From a candidate division TM6 bacterium GW2011_GWF2_38_10 (lineage in GTDB: Bacteria; Babelota; Babeliae; Babelales; RVW-14), in the NCBI GenBank assembly GCA_000992305.1, contig LBTY01000008.1, positions 889 through 62,769 on the forward strand: DNA of 61,881 nt, given 5' to 3'. This document shows, piece by piece, positions 61,300 to 61,881 of the stretch. The notes beneath the pieces are model-generated. The model was given only the letters and a program-made list of their open reading frames with translations, ran no database searches and was not told where the DNA came from. The position numbers and the translations under genes are program-made. The first letter of the stretch is position 1, and every line of letters begins with the position of its first letter.

Positions 61300-61881
61300 A
61301 TGAACACAATAGCTACAAAATATTCGAAGCATACCATGGTGTTTTATTCGATTATTTGCATGATGTACGTCCATTGTTTTCTACAACTCACTAATACACT
61401 CAACGCCGCTCCTGCAAAAAAAAAATATCGAATCATTAAAAAAAATGTACGGCATCCCCGCCGTACGCATCAAAAACAAAAACAATCATTTTCAACAACA
61501 TTCACAAAATTTTTTGATCACAGCTCATCCGCCCCAGCCCAAGAGCTTCTCTGGGAAACTCCATCAACACAACCTTTCACCGAATTAATTCTTTCATGGA
61601 ACGCACTGCGTCCAGCAACCGGATCATTCACGTTTTGGATAAGTGTAAAATACGGTAAAAATGACTGGTCAGGATGGCAACGCATGTCAGAATGGGGCGC
61701 CCAAACCCAACGATCATTTGTAAACAAAAAAAATCCTTACGTCCATACCAAACACGTCCGTGTTGAAATGCAAAAAAAAACAATGGGACGCGGATTTAGA
61801 ATAAAAGTAACAACCAGCAATGGTGCAAAAACCGACCAGATTAAAGCTCTTTTTGCCTGTCTTTCCAATCTTCATCTATTT
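61300..61881 (+). CDS. Partial gene running off the window; N-terminus resembles C39-like peptidase family proteins
   Basis: Open frame from ATG 61300 to the window end. PFTELILSWNA...WSGW...EWG pattern; catalytic domain not visible. Confidence 0.6.
   Translation, partial: MNTIATKYSKHTMVFYSIICMMYVHCFLQLTNTLNAAPAKKKYRIIKKNVRHPRRTHQKQKQSFSTTFTKFFDHSSSAPAQELLWETPSTQPFTELILSWNALRPATGSFTFWISVKYGKNDWSGWQRMSEWGAQTQRSFVNKKNPYVHTKHVRVEMQKKTMGRGFRIKVTTSNGAKTDQIKALFACLSNLHLF

Overview
A bacterial chromosome segment, AT-rich, with most genes on the minus strand. It is most likely from an intracellular parasite of protists in the Dependentiae (TM6/Babelota). That placement is an inference from the signal-peptide ankyrin and WD40 families, the tandem Ddl and the H1-like protein. 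Housekeeping genes are mutS, rpiB, trxB, rpmH-rnpA-yidD, ruvB, nrnA, ddl, priA, pheT-lspA-comF, jag-mnmE and four tRNAs. Accessory genes are an MNT-HEPN pair, three AAA/PD-(D/E)XK genes, five paralogous exported proteins with a variable WD40 propeller inside a conserved scaffold, and several candidate secreted effectors. The strongest unannotated signal is a complete ribosome-dependent transcription attenuator upstream of asnA: a promoter, a 59-codon Asn/Gln-rich leader peptide missed by the ORF track, and overlapping antiterminator and terminator helices. asnA and one WD40 gene each carry a short frameshifting deletion. I saw no CRISPR array, rRNA, integrase or transposase.
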